64,000 nucleotides of DNA from Basidiobolus meristosporus CBS 931.73. Its lineage: Eukaryota; Fungi; Basidiobolomycota. The notes beneath the pieces were generated by a model. The model made no database searches. It was not told where the DNA came from and was given only the letters and a program-made list of their open reading frames with translations. Position numbers and translations under genes: made by a program. The stretch lies in contig MCFE01000393.1 in NCBI GenBank assembly GCA_002104905.1, positions 1 to 64,000 of the forward strand, written 5' to 3'. This document shows positions 37,742 through 51,471 of this stretch, piece after piece (position 1 is the first letter of the stretch; each line of letters opens with the position of its first letter).

Positions 37742-39980
37742 ATGCGTCCGGAGAACCATAGCTTTCCACCTAACAGAGCAAGAGCTTACAACAATAGACA
37801 AAGAGACAATCTGACTGGCCCTAATAGTGAGGCGATTGGTGCAAGACAACCTAGGTTTAATAACGACCACCCCAACCAATACAATCGTCACAACAGAGGC
37901 TATAGCCGGCCGAACCCCTTTCCATACAACAATCAACGTGGAAGAGGACGTTACGTCCCCAATCACTTCCAACATAGAGATGTCGATGCAAACAAGGTAG
38001 CTAATTGATATGAATCTTCAAAAGAGATCCTTCCTTCTCCACATTACTGGTGCTACAAAGCAGACCTATTTTTCGAGAAACTTCTTTGAGGCAAACTTTG
38101 ACCGTGCTTCTCGAAAACCCGAGTCGAGTTTGGGTTTTTGTTAAAAGATGGAGTGCCCGTGTACTTCTGGTGCACATGTGCTTAGTCTTTGGACTTTAGA
38201 AAGAATTTCTGGAAATCTCTACTCTCCCATCAACTTGTTTATCAAACTCACCGTAAGTTTACCTTTTCAAGACGAAGCAACCTGATCGGGAGTTCAATGG
38301 ATACCGTCGTGGACGGAATCCTCCAAGATATCGAGGAAACCAGCGCCCACATTATCACTCGACGAACAATAGGCATGTTGACCAACCTTCACTCCTTCTT
38401 AAGTAGGCACTGGCCCACTCCGATGTTCGGGATTTTTTGTTAATTCCGACATGATATTCTAGGAGAAAGGATGTCAATGTAAACCCCTCAGATAGCAAAG
38501 AGAATCCACCTTGCGGGGATGAGTTGGTGGAGCAAACTGAGTCCTCCAACTCCAAAGAGCCCACAAAAGAGGACACTCCTGTAAATACCGACCACGGGGC
38601 CCAGGAAGGTAAAGAGATAAGTACCCCACAGGAGGAGGAGACCCAGGTAGATGAGAACGAGCATGAGAATGAGAATGAGAATGAGAGTGAGAACGAGAAC
38701 GATAACGAGAATAAGAATGGGCCGGATAATAAGCAGCCCACGGAGGAAGCTTATTCAAGCATGCTAGCTCCAACATACGACGAGCCTGAGGACGTCATTT
38801 CTTTTCACGCCGACGAAGAAGACGAGATGTTGTTATTTTCAGAGGAATCAGAGGACGAGCAAGAAAAGAGTAGCTTACACACGCCATCCAATACCAATTC
38901 CTATCCCGCCGAAGCTGACAAAGCCTCGACAACAAAGGTGGTTAATGATATAGAGGACACACAAACAGCAGATCACGAGCCTAGATCCCCGACCAAAGAC
39001 GAGCGGAAAGAGGAGAAACCGAATACGGAACCCAGCGAAGAGGATTCTGGCGTCAAACGCTCCTCAAGCCACGACTCTAACCATTCTCACAAGAGATCAC
39101 GAACCGCTTCACCCGCCCTACGGCCGTGGACCAAAGCCTACACGAGCAAGGGGGAGCTGTATTTCTACAACCCAGAAACGAACGAGAGCCGTTGGACATT
39201 CCCAACGGATCAAGATAGAAAAGACATCAAGCGGGAGGCTCCTCGTGATTACGATAGAAGACCCGTCAGAGATCAGGAGCGCAAGCATAGCGGTGATCGC
39301 ACATCGGATTTCCCCCGGAATCCCCCTCGAAAGGACGAGAAAGGTAAATTTTCTGATACAAAAGCTCCAACCAATTCGTCCGACCGAACAGCGTCTAAGA
39401 TCGTGTATTCCGATTTTTGGCCAAGCAGCCAACTCCCGCGACGACAGATACGCATACAATCAACCTGAACGTCGCCAGGATGCTTACAATCAATCTGAAC
39501 GTCGCCAAGATGCTTACAACCAACCTGAACGTCGCCAAGACGTGTACCGCTCCACACAACCGCCTTCCTTAGCCTACACTGAGCGTTCTACCGGTATTGT
39601 TGCGATCGCACGGATTTTTTGCTGACTAGTACTTATATCCCGTCTCGTTATCACAAGATCGCCCCTACCACCAAAGAGCCCCCAGACAACCGCCAAGGCA
39701 ATATTCGCCCGACCGTCGCCTTCCCGATCGTGAGTACTCACGCTCGTCCAATAGAATGCCTGAGGCCCAGCAGCTGCCCAGGAGCATGTACAATCCCCGA
39801 GAGAGTAGAGGGCGGCCGGATTTTGATGAGCACCGGGAATCATACCTTCATCCTTCAGTAAGAAGGGATTTCTACGGTCGGCCCCAGTATCCTCGGATGG
39901 ACAGACCAGACACAGCGAGACACAACGAGCCGCAGAGTTGGCGGTATGGGTCCAGAGTTGAAAGAGATCGCAGGAGATAG
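37742..39980 (+). CDS. WW-domain protein with acidic and Arg/Asp/Tyr-rich low-complexity regions
   Basis: WW motif LRPWTKAYTSKGELYFYNPETNESRW.FP. N-terminal N/R/G/Y-rich exon; canonical introns (e.g. GTAAAT ~39344 to CAG ~39391). Some exon boundaries uncertain. Confidence 0.75.
38653..38712 (+). repeat. Coding hexamer microsatellite (GAGAAY)n encoding an (EN)n tract
   Basis: gagaacgagcatgagaatgagaatgagaatgagagtgagaacgagaac. Confidence 0.85.
39455..39547 (+). repeat. 3 x 30-nt coding tandem repeat (YNQ[P/S]ERRQD[A/V])
   Basis: tacaatcaacctgaacgtcgccaggatgct repeated three times with few substitutions. Confidence 0.92.
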
Positions 39981-40282
39981 CTGGTGAGAGGCATTGTAAG
40001 CAGTTCCTTTCCAAAACACTTACTAATCCCCTGCCAGGCTTAGTCTCGACCTTACTTTGTTATATATAACACGCAACGCATCTTCTCATTCCACGCCTTC
40101 CGTATATATAATCTTTGTTGATTGCTTTCAGTAGGATACGTTTGTCATAGTCATCCATTGCTTCCATTTGAAAAGATCCACGAATAAAACTTTTCCAACG
40201 CCACGTTCGATCGCTCACATGATATTCCTCGATTCCTCCTTCTTAGGGAGTTCCGCAACCATTGTTCACCTGTACCTTAGTA

Positions 40283-40477
40283 ATGTCAAGTACCCCAGAT
40301 ACCCCTCTTTCAAACGACGAGCTCTGCTTCGTGTGTAAAAAGTCCCCCATCAGCTACGCTCCACGCTCATGTGGTTGCCCGACGTTGTGTAAGAAATGTG
40401 CCATGAGACAAGCCACTGGAGGGAAGTGCCGCAAATGTGGGGAGTTCTTTGCCGAGCTCAAGAAGGTTAGAGACTAG
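40283..40477 (+). CDS. 64-aa stand-alone RING-like zinc finger with eight Cys ligands
   Basis: CFVC-x11-CGC-x3-CKKC-x9-CRKC. Upstream TATATA tracts at ~40060 and ~40103. Confidence 0.75.
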   Translation: MSSTPDTPLSNDELCFVCKKSPISYAPRSCGCPTLCKKCAMRQATGGKCRKCGEFFAELKKVRD

Positions 40478-40598
40478 ACAAGGGACGCACGAGAATGCAG
40501 TGGTTACTAAAACCCTGATACTTCCCGCCTTCGGGCACAGGTCGATGTTTTTGGAAAATAAACCAGTTTTTATTTGAACTTCCTCAGAAGGCTCAGTA

Positions 40599-41432
40599 GT
40601 GCATTCGGCAATATTCTTCTGCTTCAATATAGCTTGCCAAACCTCCGATATCCAGTCTGCCGGTAATGGGCATCGAGTGGATAGGGGTCTTATGGTGAAG
40701 CCATTTGATAAGGTGTCCGGGCGCATCGATGGCTTCCTTAGAAGTGTGTTGCTGCTTCATCTCCAGCAGAAACTCCTCGATGTACTTCAGATCCTCTTTC
40801 TTGAACAAATAAAAGCAAGGACAGGCGAATCTGGACTTGGTCTCAGTCGGGGCGGGTTTTTCCAAGAAATGGACGATCCGGCCGGAGTCGTCCAGCTCCA
40901 ATATGCCGTTCTTTCTTGTGTCCTCCACGACGTAGTGCGTGGTCAAGGAAGAGTTGAGGTGACAGAAACGTTGAAGAAAATGCTCGAGATCGAACTCTCT
41001 CAACAACAGTATATCCGCACCGATTACCAGCGTATTCTCGAGACTTCCGTAGGAGTGGATGGAAAGCTGTAGGTCCTGGATGGCGCCTAGACGGGTCTCG
41101 TTGGTGTTGGTGTGGTTGTTCAACAGGTTTTCCCGGGGGAAGCCGTGGCGGTTTGCCCACTCTTGGAATTGAGAGTAATGGGTTTCGTTCGTTATGATAT
41201 ATACGTTGCCCAATTTAAAGTCCGACCAACTGTTCAGCTGTGTCTCATACTTTTGAAGTAACCGCCACCAATGAGTAAGAAGCGCATCATAACTTCCAAG
41301 CGGAACCAGAGCCTTAGGTAGGCCGATCAAATGGCTGTATTCACCAGAAGGTTCATTCTTTAAATCGTTCTGTAACCGAGTACCGTATCCGGCACTCAAG
41401 AATACCACCTTCAAAGGACATCTTCCCCCCAT
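40599..41432 (-). CDS. Sugar-phosphate nucleotidyltransferase-family protein (resembles the N-terminal domain of fish glucuronokinase/uridyl pyrophosphorylase)
   Basis: VFLSAGYGTRL...Y.HLIGLPKAL, LGAIQDL, V.GAD.L, GILE.D..GRI..FLEKP and LDIG motifs. Single exon. Confidence 0.8.
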
Positions 41433-42205
41433 CTCAAGTAAATAGAATTGGCAATGTTGGGTTCGGGTTCAGACTCAGGCTCAGCCATTCCTGAACATTG
41501 TTTGATGATTTTCCCACCAGAATGGCTGTCAAGAAACCAATTAGCACCCATTTGTTTGGTGCTGTGTCACATCCCGCATTTGGTGACCATGCTGTTCTGG
41601 GAATGGGGATTCACCTCACCCAACACCTGTCAAAATTGCGACCATGGCTGGTGTTCGAATACATTTACGTTGATCACAAACAGCATATCAATCCGACAGA
41701 GCAGATCCCAATTTGAGAAGCTGGCTTCTCACTGCATTTAGGGAAGGTTTCAGTAGGGAGGAAACATGGCTTATATAAATGGAAATGTCACACACAATAC
41801 ACCTTCAAAATTACTTGTGTCCCGCGTCTCAGCCAAGTGCTGGCGAATGGTAAGGCTCGCCCTTTGGGTGCGTAGGAGAGCAACTTCTTGTTCTGGAAGT
41901 GATGAAGTTCCACGATCTTTGAATTCTGACATCTTCCCACGTTGCTCCATTCTTAACGTATGTTCCAACTGACAGCTGCTTGTTTCTGACCACCGGATGG
42001 ATGTCCAAAATGGTTTAGATGACTCGAACGACAGGAACATTGAAGTATTAGTCAAATGTGCTCCAGCAGCGAGCATACGTCCAGGTAACCAAAAATAGAT
42101 TCGATTCTGCACCCAGAATAGCCCTATAAAATCTCGTTGACTGCCGAGGATTTGTACGTATTCCCTCCTTTCAGAAGCCCGCTCCAGCTCACACCCACAT
42201 AAACC

Positions 42206-43259
42206 ATGTCTACCACTGTTGGGTCGATCACACTCCCACCTGTCGTTCTTCCTCAGAATGATTCCGGCGCCAAAAAGTAGGTTCAGCCAGGCTAATGATG
42301 AAATCATGGATTGGTATACTGAGATATTCCTGTAGACTTGCCATGAAGCTGGTGAACGGGGCCATTGCCGGAGTGGTCGGCACACTCATCATCTACCCAT
42401 TAGATATGGTAAAGACCCGTCTACAAAGCCAGAAAGCCGATGCCTTTGGGAAGCTTCGGTACCAAGGAGGGTATGTATTGAAATTCAAGCGGGGTTGATC
42501 TTACCGGAGATTTCTCAACTTGCTTTCTACAGGGTGCATTGCTTCAAAACGATTGTTCAAGCTGAGGGAGCACGCGGCCTGTACCGTGGCCTGGTACCAA
42601 ACCTCATCGGGATCACCCCCGAGAAGGCGATCAAACTGGCGGTGAACGACTACGCCCGGGAGTACCTGGCGAAACAGAGCCACACCGATCCGGATCACCT
42701 TCCGATTCATTTGGGGATGATGGCTGGTGCCACGGCAGGTTTCTGCCAGGTGATCGCTACCAACCCAATGGAAATTGTCAAAATTCAGATGCAGGTGGCG
42801 GGTGCTGATCTGAAGCCGGGGCAACCCAGGCCAACCGCCCTCCAGGTGGTTCAGAGGCTGGGTCTGCGCGGAGTATACAAAGGTACCCCTGCCACATTGC
42901 TTCGCGACGTTCCATTCTCGGTGCTTTTCTTCCCATCCCATGCGTATCTGAAGAGCGTGTGCGCCGACACAAATGGCAACGTGTCCTTCCAAGCGGTCTT
43001 TGCCTCGGGAATCGTGGCGGGTGTGTTTGCCTCCGGCGCAGTCACCCCTGCGGACGTCATCAAAACCCGGCTACAGATGGCTCCCAAGCCAGGAGAGCCG
43101 GTGTTCCGCGGGTTCGCCCACTGCTTCAAAGAAATCGTGCGCAACGAGGGCCCCTCGGCACTCTTCAAAGGAATCGTGCCTCGTTGCATGATCGTATCAC
43201 CGCTGTTCGGGTTCGCATTACTCACATATGAGGCCCAGCAGCGCTACCTAAAACTCTAA
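42206..43259 (+). CDS. Mitochondrial carrier, glutamate carrier (SLC25A22/AGC1 C-domain-like)
   Basis: Three Px[DE]xxKxR/Q signatures (YPLDMVKTRLQ, NPMEIVKIQMQ, TPADVIKTRLQ) and GITPEKAIKLAVND. Two introns. Confidence 0.9.
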
Positions 43260-43429
43260 TCCAACCAACGCCCACCTCACTCCTCTAATGAACAGCCACG
43301 CTAATTGTAATAGAAAGCCGCCTCCCAACTAGAGAATATAAGATACCGATGATTTTATTTTTATTAAGTTACATTACAAGCTGAATTAGTGAGTATGTAC
43401 GGTTAATGTTTGCGGGGTAGAGGAGATGA

Positions 43430-44306
43430 TCATTTTATGGTAATGGTGGTAAGACTCGGCTTGGCTTCCAAGGTGCATTCGGTCTCCACCTGCTCGCTGG
43501 AGTTGTTTCTCAGGCTAAACGAGGTTCGGCATTGCTGGGTAGTGATGAGGGAGAGAAGCATCCCTAAATCCAGTGATGGGTGTTAGTCTAGGTGCGGTGG
43601 TTGTGGTCGGAGGGCGGGGTGGGGGAAACTTACACAGAGAGTGGAGCAATATGCCCGACTGAATCACCTTGAGGACTTGCAGGATCAACACCAAAATCGA
43701 CACCAAGCTGATCAGAACGAGCGAGATGAGGCCGTCCCTGATGAACACCTTGAACAGCGGGGAGGAGTTGGCTCTAGCGTACTTGTAGATGGAGACTATG
43801 GTCATCGAGGCGAAGAACACCACGATGAAGGTGCTGTTGGTTAGCAGCAGGATGATGTAGATGTCGTCAGTGGTCCAGGAGCAGCTCCCCTCGGCAACCG
43901 CGAAGATCTTGCGGGTGTTGATCATCATGAAGATCTGAGCGGTCAGATGGGTGAGTTGGGAGACGGCGAATATCCCTTTGATCAGACGCGCGTGGCGATT
44001 GATGCATATGGATCTCAGGAAGACCAGGGTCAGAATCAAGGTGACCGAGGTGAAGGACATGCTGCAGTATGAGAAGAAGTAGATCACGCAGTTCGGCCAC
44101 TTGGCAAACAACCGAATGCCGAGGTACATGCAGCCAGTGGCCAGCAGTAGAAATGACTGGACTAGGTTCAACTTGTAGATCAGTGCCCGGTCCCGGACGA
44201 CCATCCTCATCGAGTCGTACACATCTCGGGCCACCGGAAAGAACGTAAACGCCACCATCAGCAGCTCTACTTGGTCGTTCAGCTCCATATGTTTCTCGTG
44301 ATCCAT
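43430..44306 (-). CDS. Seven-transmembrane, GPCR-like membrane protein
   Basis: About seven hydrophobic segments, Cys in two extracellular loops and a FIRDG motif before TM6. One intron (GTAAGT ~43633 to TAG ~43564) adds the last TM and a short tail. Confidence 0.6.
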
Positions 44307-44751
44307 AAGGGCGCTTCGGATGGAATGATGGCGGTGGGTGGAATATCAACAGCTCCAAGGGTCAAATGAAGGTTACGGGGATGCTGGTCCCAACTTTAAA
44401 TAGTCCCCCGCTAGCACGACTCAATGGTGAGCCAATCACCGGTGGAGGTGCCGTTGGAGTCACAATGCTTGGGAGTAGCACTTGTCTCATACATCACCTC
44501 AAACTTTTCAATTCCCGAGCAATGCGGTACAGTCAGCTGAGCGAACAACTCCAAGCACTCGCGGTGTTTGGCCCGGGTGGATTCATGCGAGCATGTTTCG
44601 TGTCAATCGTCCCGCCGATATAAAGGTGTGCACATTAAAAAAATCTCCTTTATTCTTCGAGATTATGTACAAATGCGATGGTGATTAGTGAGGAGTCTAA
44701 GAGGTGGGCGGGGACGGGTACGGGGACGGGGACGGGGCGAGGCTGGTTCGC

Positions 44752-47081
<2,330 letters not shown>

Positions 47082-47359
47082 AGCCTGGGTGGGTTTGCTT
47101 CAAGCGCGCTCACCACCACCCTCCACTCGGATTTAGGTATAGTCTCTGGCCGACTGAAAAAAATCCGTTTTTTTTCTTTCCTGGAGATCACGGTGTGACT
47201 GGAGAAATTCGGGGGCCCGGTCGATTGTTGGTTAACTTTATGATCGGTTGGATCGACTTTATTCAGGATGTGGACCAAGCAAGGTTAATTCTGGTGGTGG
47301 GATAAATATGGCCATAGATAGATGTGGGAGGTAAATAGGTCGGGGATTGGTGCTCATGC

Positions 47360-48340
47360 TTAGGGTTTGCCGATGAACGACTGAGGGAAGTAAGGCTTGA
47401 AGTAATCTTCATACTTCCTGTTCACGCACATTCCTCCACCAGTTGGCCCGATGTGTGGACAGTGGAAGTCTGGTCTGTAGGGGATCATGTTGACATGGAT
47501 CACACGGCAGAGAACATTGTCCTGCCCCATCTCATCGGGTAGCCCCAACGGGACCTTTTGCTGTAGGAACTCCAAGCATTCCTCGTTGCTCTTGTATTGC
47601 TGATCCTTACCCAAGCAGTACTTGTCATGTGACTGGCAGATACCCAATGACAGGAATTTCTGGACCAATCCTGGGAGGGTCGCGGGGGTGACCTCCGACA
47701 TCGGGACTTTCAGGAAATCGGCAATCAAGGGGGCGATCTTAGGGAGGAAGGAGCGGAAGCCTACAGACCACCGCCTGAATACCGCATCGTACTGGGTGAT
47801 CTCCCCAGCATGATTAAATCTCAGCCACACATCCACCTGGACGGGAAGGTGGATCCCAGTGGCCTCGTGAACGAAGTCGATGATGACGCTTGTGGTGGCG
47901 ACCTCGCCCGTCACCGCAAACTCAAACATGGTGTAACTCTTGGGAACGCCCAGGATAGTTGGGACGCTGGAGGAAGAGGCGAGGTTTGAGAAGAGTCCGA
48001 AGAGGTACTCGATGTTCTCCTCGAGGTCGTTGAACGTCCATGTGATGTCCACCCGGCCACGGATATCGGCGGCCAGGATTCCGGGGGCTTTACCACTTTT
48101 CGCGATGATGGTGTTGTTTGGGTACATGAAATTCTCGAAAAGTCGGTGCACGTAGTCAAGCTTCTTCCGGTAGTTCACCCGTTCACTTACCTGGTTCACC
48201 TCAACTCCGGCAGGGATTCCTTGCTCGTTGTCGATCGTCCCGCTCACCCCGTGAAGAATCCCCTCTTCCGCACCAAGAGCCAAGCCGATGGGTCCGCTGA
48301 GCAGGGCGACAAGGAGTGCTGCTTTCTTGATAGTAACCAT
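47360..48340 (-). CDS. Secreted protein of unknown function (putative NTF2/SnoaL-like N-domain plus Cys-rich C-domain)
   Basis: Signal peptide, YPNN...GRVDIT.TF...ENIEYLFGLF and C-terminal C..H.KYC...QY....EC..FL...CRVIH...RP..HCPHIGP.GGGMC. Single exon. Fold assignment is inference. Confidence 0.7.
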   Translation of the reverse strand: MVTIKKAALLVALLSGPIGLALGAEEGILHGVSGTIDNEQGIPAGVEVNQVSERVNYRKKLDYVHRLFENFMYPNNTIIAKSGKAPGILAADIRGRVDITWTFNDLEENIEYLFGLFSNLASSSSVPTILGVPKSYTMFEFAVTGEVATTSVIIDFVHEATGIHLPVQVDVWLRFNHAGEITQYDAVFRRWSVGFRSFLPKIAPLIADFLKVPMSEVTPATLPGLVQKFLSLGICQSHDKYCLGKDQQYKSNEECLEFLQQKVPLGLPDEMGQDNVLCRVIHVNMIPYRPDFHCPHIGPTGGGMCVNRKYEDYFKPYFPQSFIGKP

Positions 48341-48899
48341 GGTGGTGGTGATGATGAAGGAAGTGGGGTCGTCGGTTTTATAGCCGGTTGGGCTGACGGG
48401 GGATTATTTGTCCCATTACAGGAGAGCGCATGTTCGAGGTGGAGTCGACCAGGCATGATCGCGGAACATTACCCATGAACGCATGATCCCGACAACATGC
48501 GCACTGGTGGCCTGGATGAGGCAATATTGCTCTACATCCCTACCAAATGAGTGGACATGCAGGTGTTGTTTCTTGATGCAGGCGATATTCGCTCACCTCG
48601 CCAACAAACCATCAACAGCCAACCCAAGGTCGAAAATTCCCGGTTCAGCAGGTATCGACCCTGCCAACCAGATCTTACCATGCGAAGAACAGGTTGGCCC
48701 AAGCCTTTTCCGCCTCTGCCTCTCCCATTGGTGTGCGTGAGATGGGTGCATTCATTGTCCAAATGGATTTCACCCATCACACTGGTCCGACCGTGGCCTC
48801 AACAATGCTCTAGTCCATCCCCATCTTCCTGCATCAGTGGAATTTAACGGCCTAGGGCTTATTCAGATAAGGATTATGATGGACCATGGTGACTCCCAA

Positions 48900-51471
48900 A
48901 TCAGTCCCCCCTATGTGCCAGCAGTGCGGGGTTATTGCTATCATGGCCAACTCTCTACCTCTTTACGTAGCCTACTGGAGCCCTGCTTGGCTGTACACCA
49001 GTACTCTCTTCCTCAGACAAATGCTAATCTTGGTCCTACTACTTGCAATCAATTCCCATCTTATGTCTTGCATGGGTGCTCACATTGATGTACTAGGACC
49101 CACATATGGAGGTATAGAGTTGAATATAGAATAACACATCAAGCATTTTACCAAATACTAAAACAACAAATCAGTCTACATCTGAGAAACCTTGGCTATC
49201 CCCATATATAGCTGAAGCATCTTTAGCAGGCTATAAGATGATACTTGGCATACATAGTCACCAAGGACTGCATCCACCTACAGGACCCTTGTTTCTGATA
49301 CTCCTACATTCATTGGGCTGTCAGCTATCAAGCATCACAACCACTTTGAATATGGAAACTTAACCCTTAATACCCTCTGGATTACTTATGAAATCAGACT
49401 TGGCTAGGACTGGCATTAGTGTCACCCTATGAAAAATTATTGTGATGATCCCATCAAATGGCCGCCACAAAGTTAAAGTCCCATGACTAAGAGGTACTGA
49501 TCCCATCAGGACACTGTGCAGAGACCATTGAAAAATAATCACACCCCAGATTTCACAAAAAACTCAGTCAAAATTTTTCATCACAACAATGTATAAGCGG
49601 TTTTTGATTGGTTCCCTGCCAATTTGCTCACTCTCTGATCCCAGACACTCTATCACCTCCTACGTTTGTGTGCATTGATTGGCTATTGCCTCTTTTTCAC
49701 AATCCTTACTTCCTGACTCAACTGTTTTTCTTTCTTTTCATGTGTACAAATTGATTTATTTCCATTAAAACTTCAGTTGTACCTCAATTGCCAATTGTAT
49801 TGACCTATACAAGTCCCTATACCCTACACTAACATTAAGCCCAACCTCACACTCCACAAGTAACTTCATTAAAATCCACCATTCAATAAGTGTTTCTGCT
49901 GTAACACCCTGTTCCCATGACTTTGGCAGGAACCCTACTGCTTTATGCCATTGTTCATTCACTGGTTCTCATACATCCTGATCATCAGCCATCACTGCAA
50001 CTTCTAGCACCTCATCTTCTAGTCTTTGGAATAAATCCTTGCAATATTTCAGTGCATTTTCTTGAGCACTGCGCTTGAAGAAGTGCTGCTACCCCTTAGT
50101 GTGCCTATTAATGTTCCAAAATTCCACTCTAGGTATTTTGATAGTCTTCTGATTTCTGGACATTGTTACTTTGTCTGTCAGTGGGATTTACACTCATTCT
50201 ATAATGCAGGCAATGGCAGACAAATTGTCTTTCTCTTCTAACTCAGCTACCTCACTGGAGTGTAGCTCAACTGGCTGAACCTCCAACTCTCAAGAAAATG
50301 GCTGTGGTCTTCTTGGTAATTCTTCTTGGCTATTATAGAATTCAGCCAGTACTGGGTTCATGGCATTAATTGGTGAGTACTGCAACTTTTTTCTCATGCC
50401 TCCCCATCTCTGGCTTGGGTAGACTTTTTTCCCTTTACTTTTGTCTTTATTGCTGCCAGGTCTTTCACTGCTAATCTGACTGTGTGCTTCTTATTTTGTA
50501 CTTTATTTTCCCCTTGCTAATTGCTGCCCTGGTGCATCTGTTTCTGCATGCTTGTCTCTTATCAGCATTCTGCTGTTTACTAGACATTTCATTGCTGTAT
50601 ATTTAGAGCTTTGAGCCCTACTTGCAACAGGCTCTTAAGGAAGCTGCTGATTTTTAGCTGCGGCACCCTTGTTCTTCTGCCTTTGGCAGTTTCTGCAATT
50701 CTTGAGATACTTTCTTTCCATACTCCATGAAAAATAATATGGTCCTATGGGTGTATCTGATCCTGATCAGCCATCAGAGTCCTGCAATAAGTCTGTCATA
50801 GTCCCAGCAGCTTGGAATTATTGACCCTCCACACAATCTTTTGACAGGATTGTGCTAGTGTTTTGCTAATTTACTGCCAATAGTTTAAAAACTTGATAGT
50901 GTTTCAGTGGTCTTTTGACAAGAATTGCATGGCACTCCAATGGTCACAATGCACTCTACATTTGTATGAGCAAACCTAACCGGCCAATACATCTGATTGC
51001 CTTATATGGCAAAAAACCTGACAGTGTTCTGACAGCCTCATTGCACACCTATGCTGTCATTTTAGTGACAGTTTGGAGGCCTACAGGTAGTTCTACATAA
51101 TGCCACCATACCAATTATCCAAATGGTACTTTCTTTTTCTACCTCCCTGTGAACCATTCATATTACCACTGTTGAATCACTCTTCTTAATTTGCTTACCC
51201 ACTGCTACCTTGGGTATTCCACATATAGTTCAAATTAAAAAAAACTATGGCATCCTGCTGACAAACCTCTACATAGGAACACACCTGCTACAATTTACAC
51301 ACTTCTATCACCTCAACTTTACGGCTTTTCATTGTGATAATTGCAATGTAGGCATATACCATGCATTGCTGGTAACATATACATCTTGCAAACATGTGCT
51401 TGGTTGCCACCACCTTTGCCATGAATACACCTGAATATCTGCAAAGAATCTCTTGGTAATTAGCTAATATA
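48900..51471 (-). mobile_element. Degenerate CACTA-like transposon remnants
   Basis: 49580-49960 matches 3540-3900. 51000-51470 matches 60640-60960 and 63560-63810. A GP...W.PM-like fragment lies near 49090. CpG-free. Confidence 0.6.

Noticed and set aside
41690-42210. Minus-strand gene between the nucleotidyltransferase and the carrier (ORF 41771-42385)
   Set aside because: One plausible intron exists, but there is no coherent start (the candidate ATG overlaps the carrier ATG) and no recognisable domain. Unresolved without RNA-seq.
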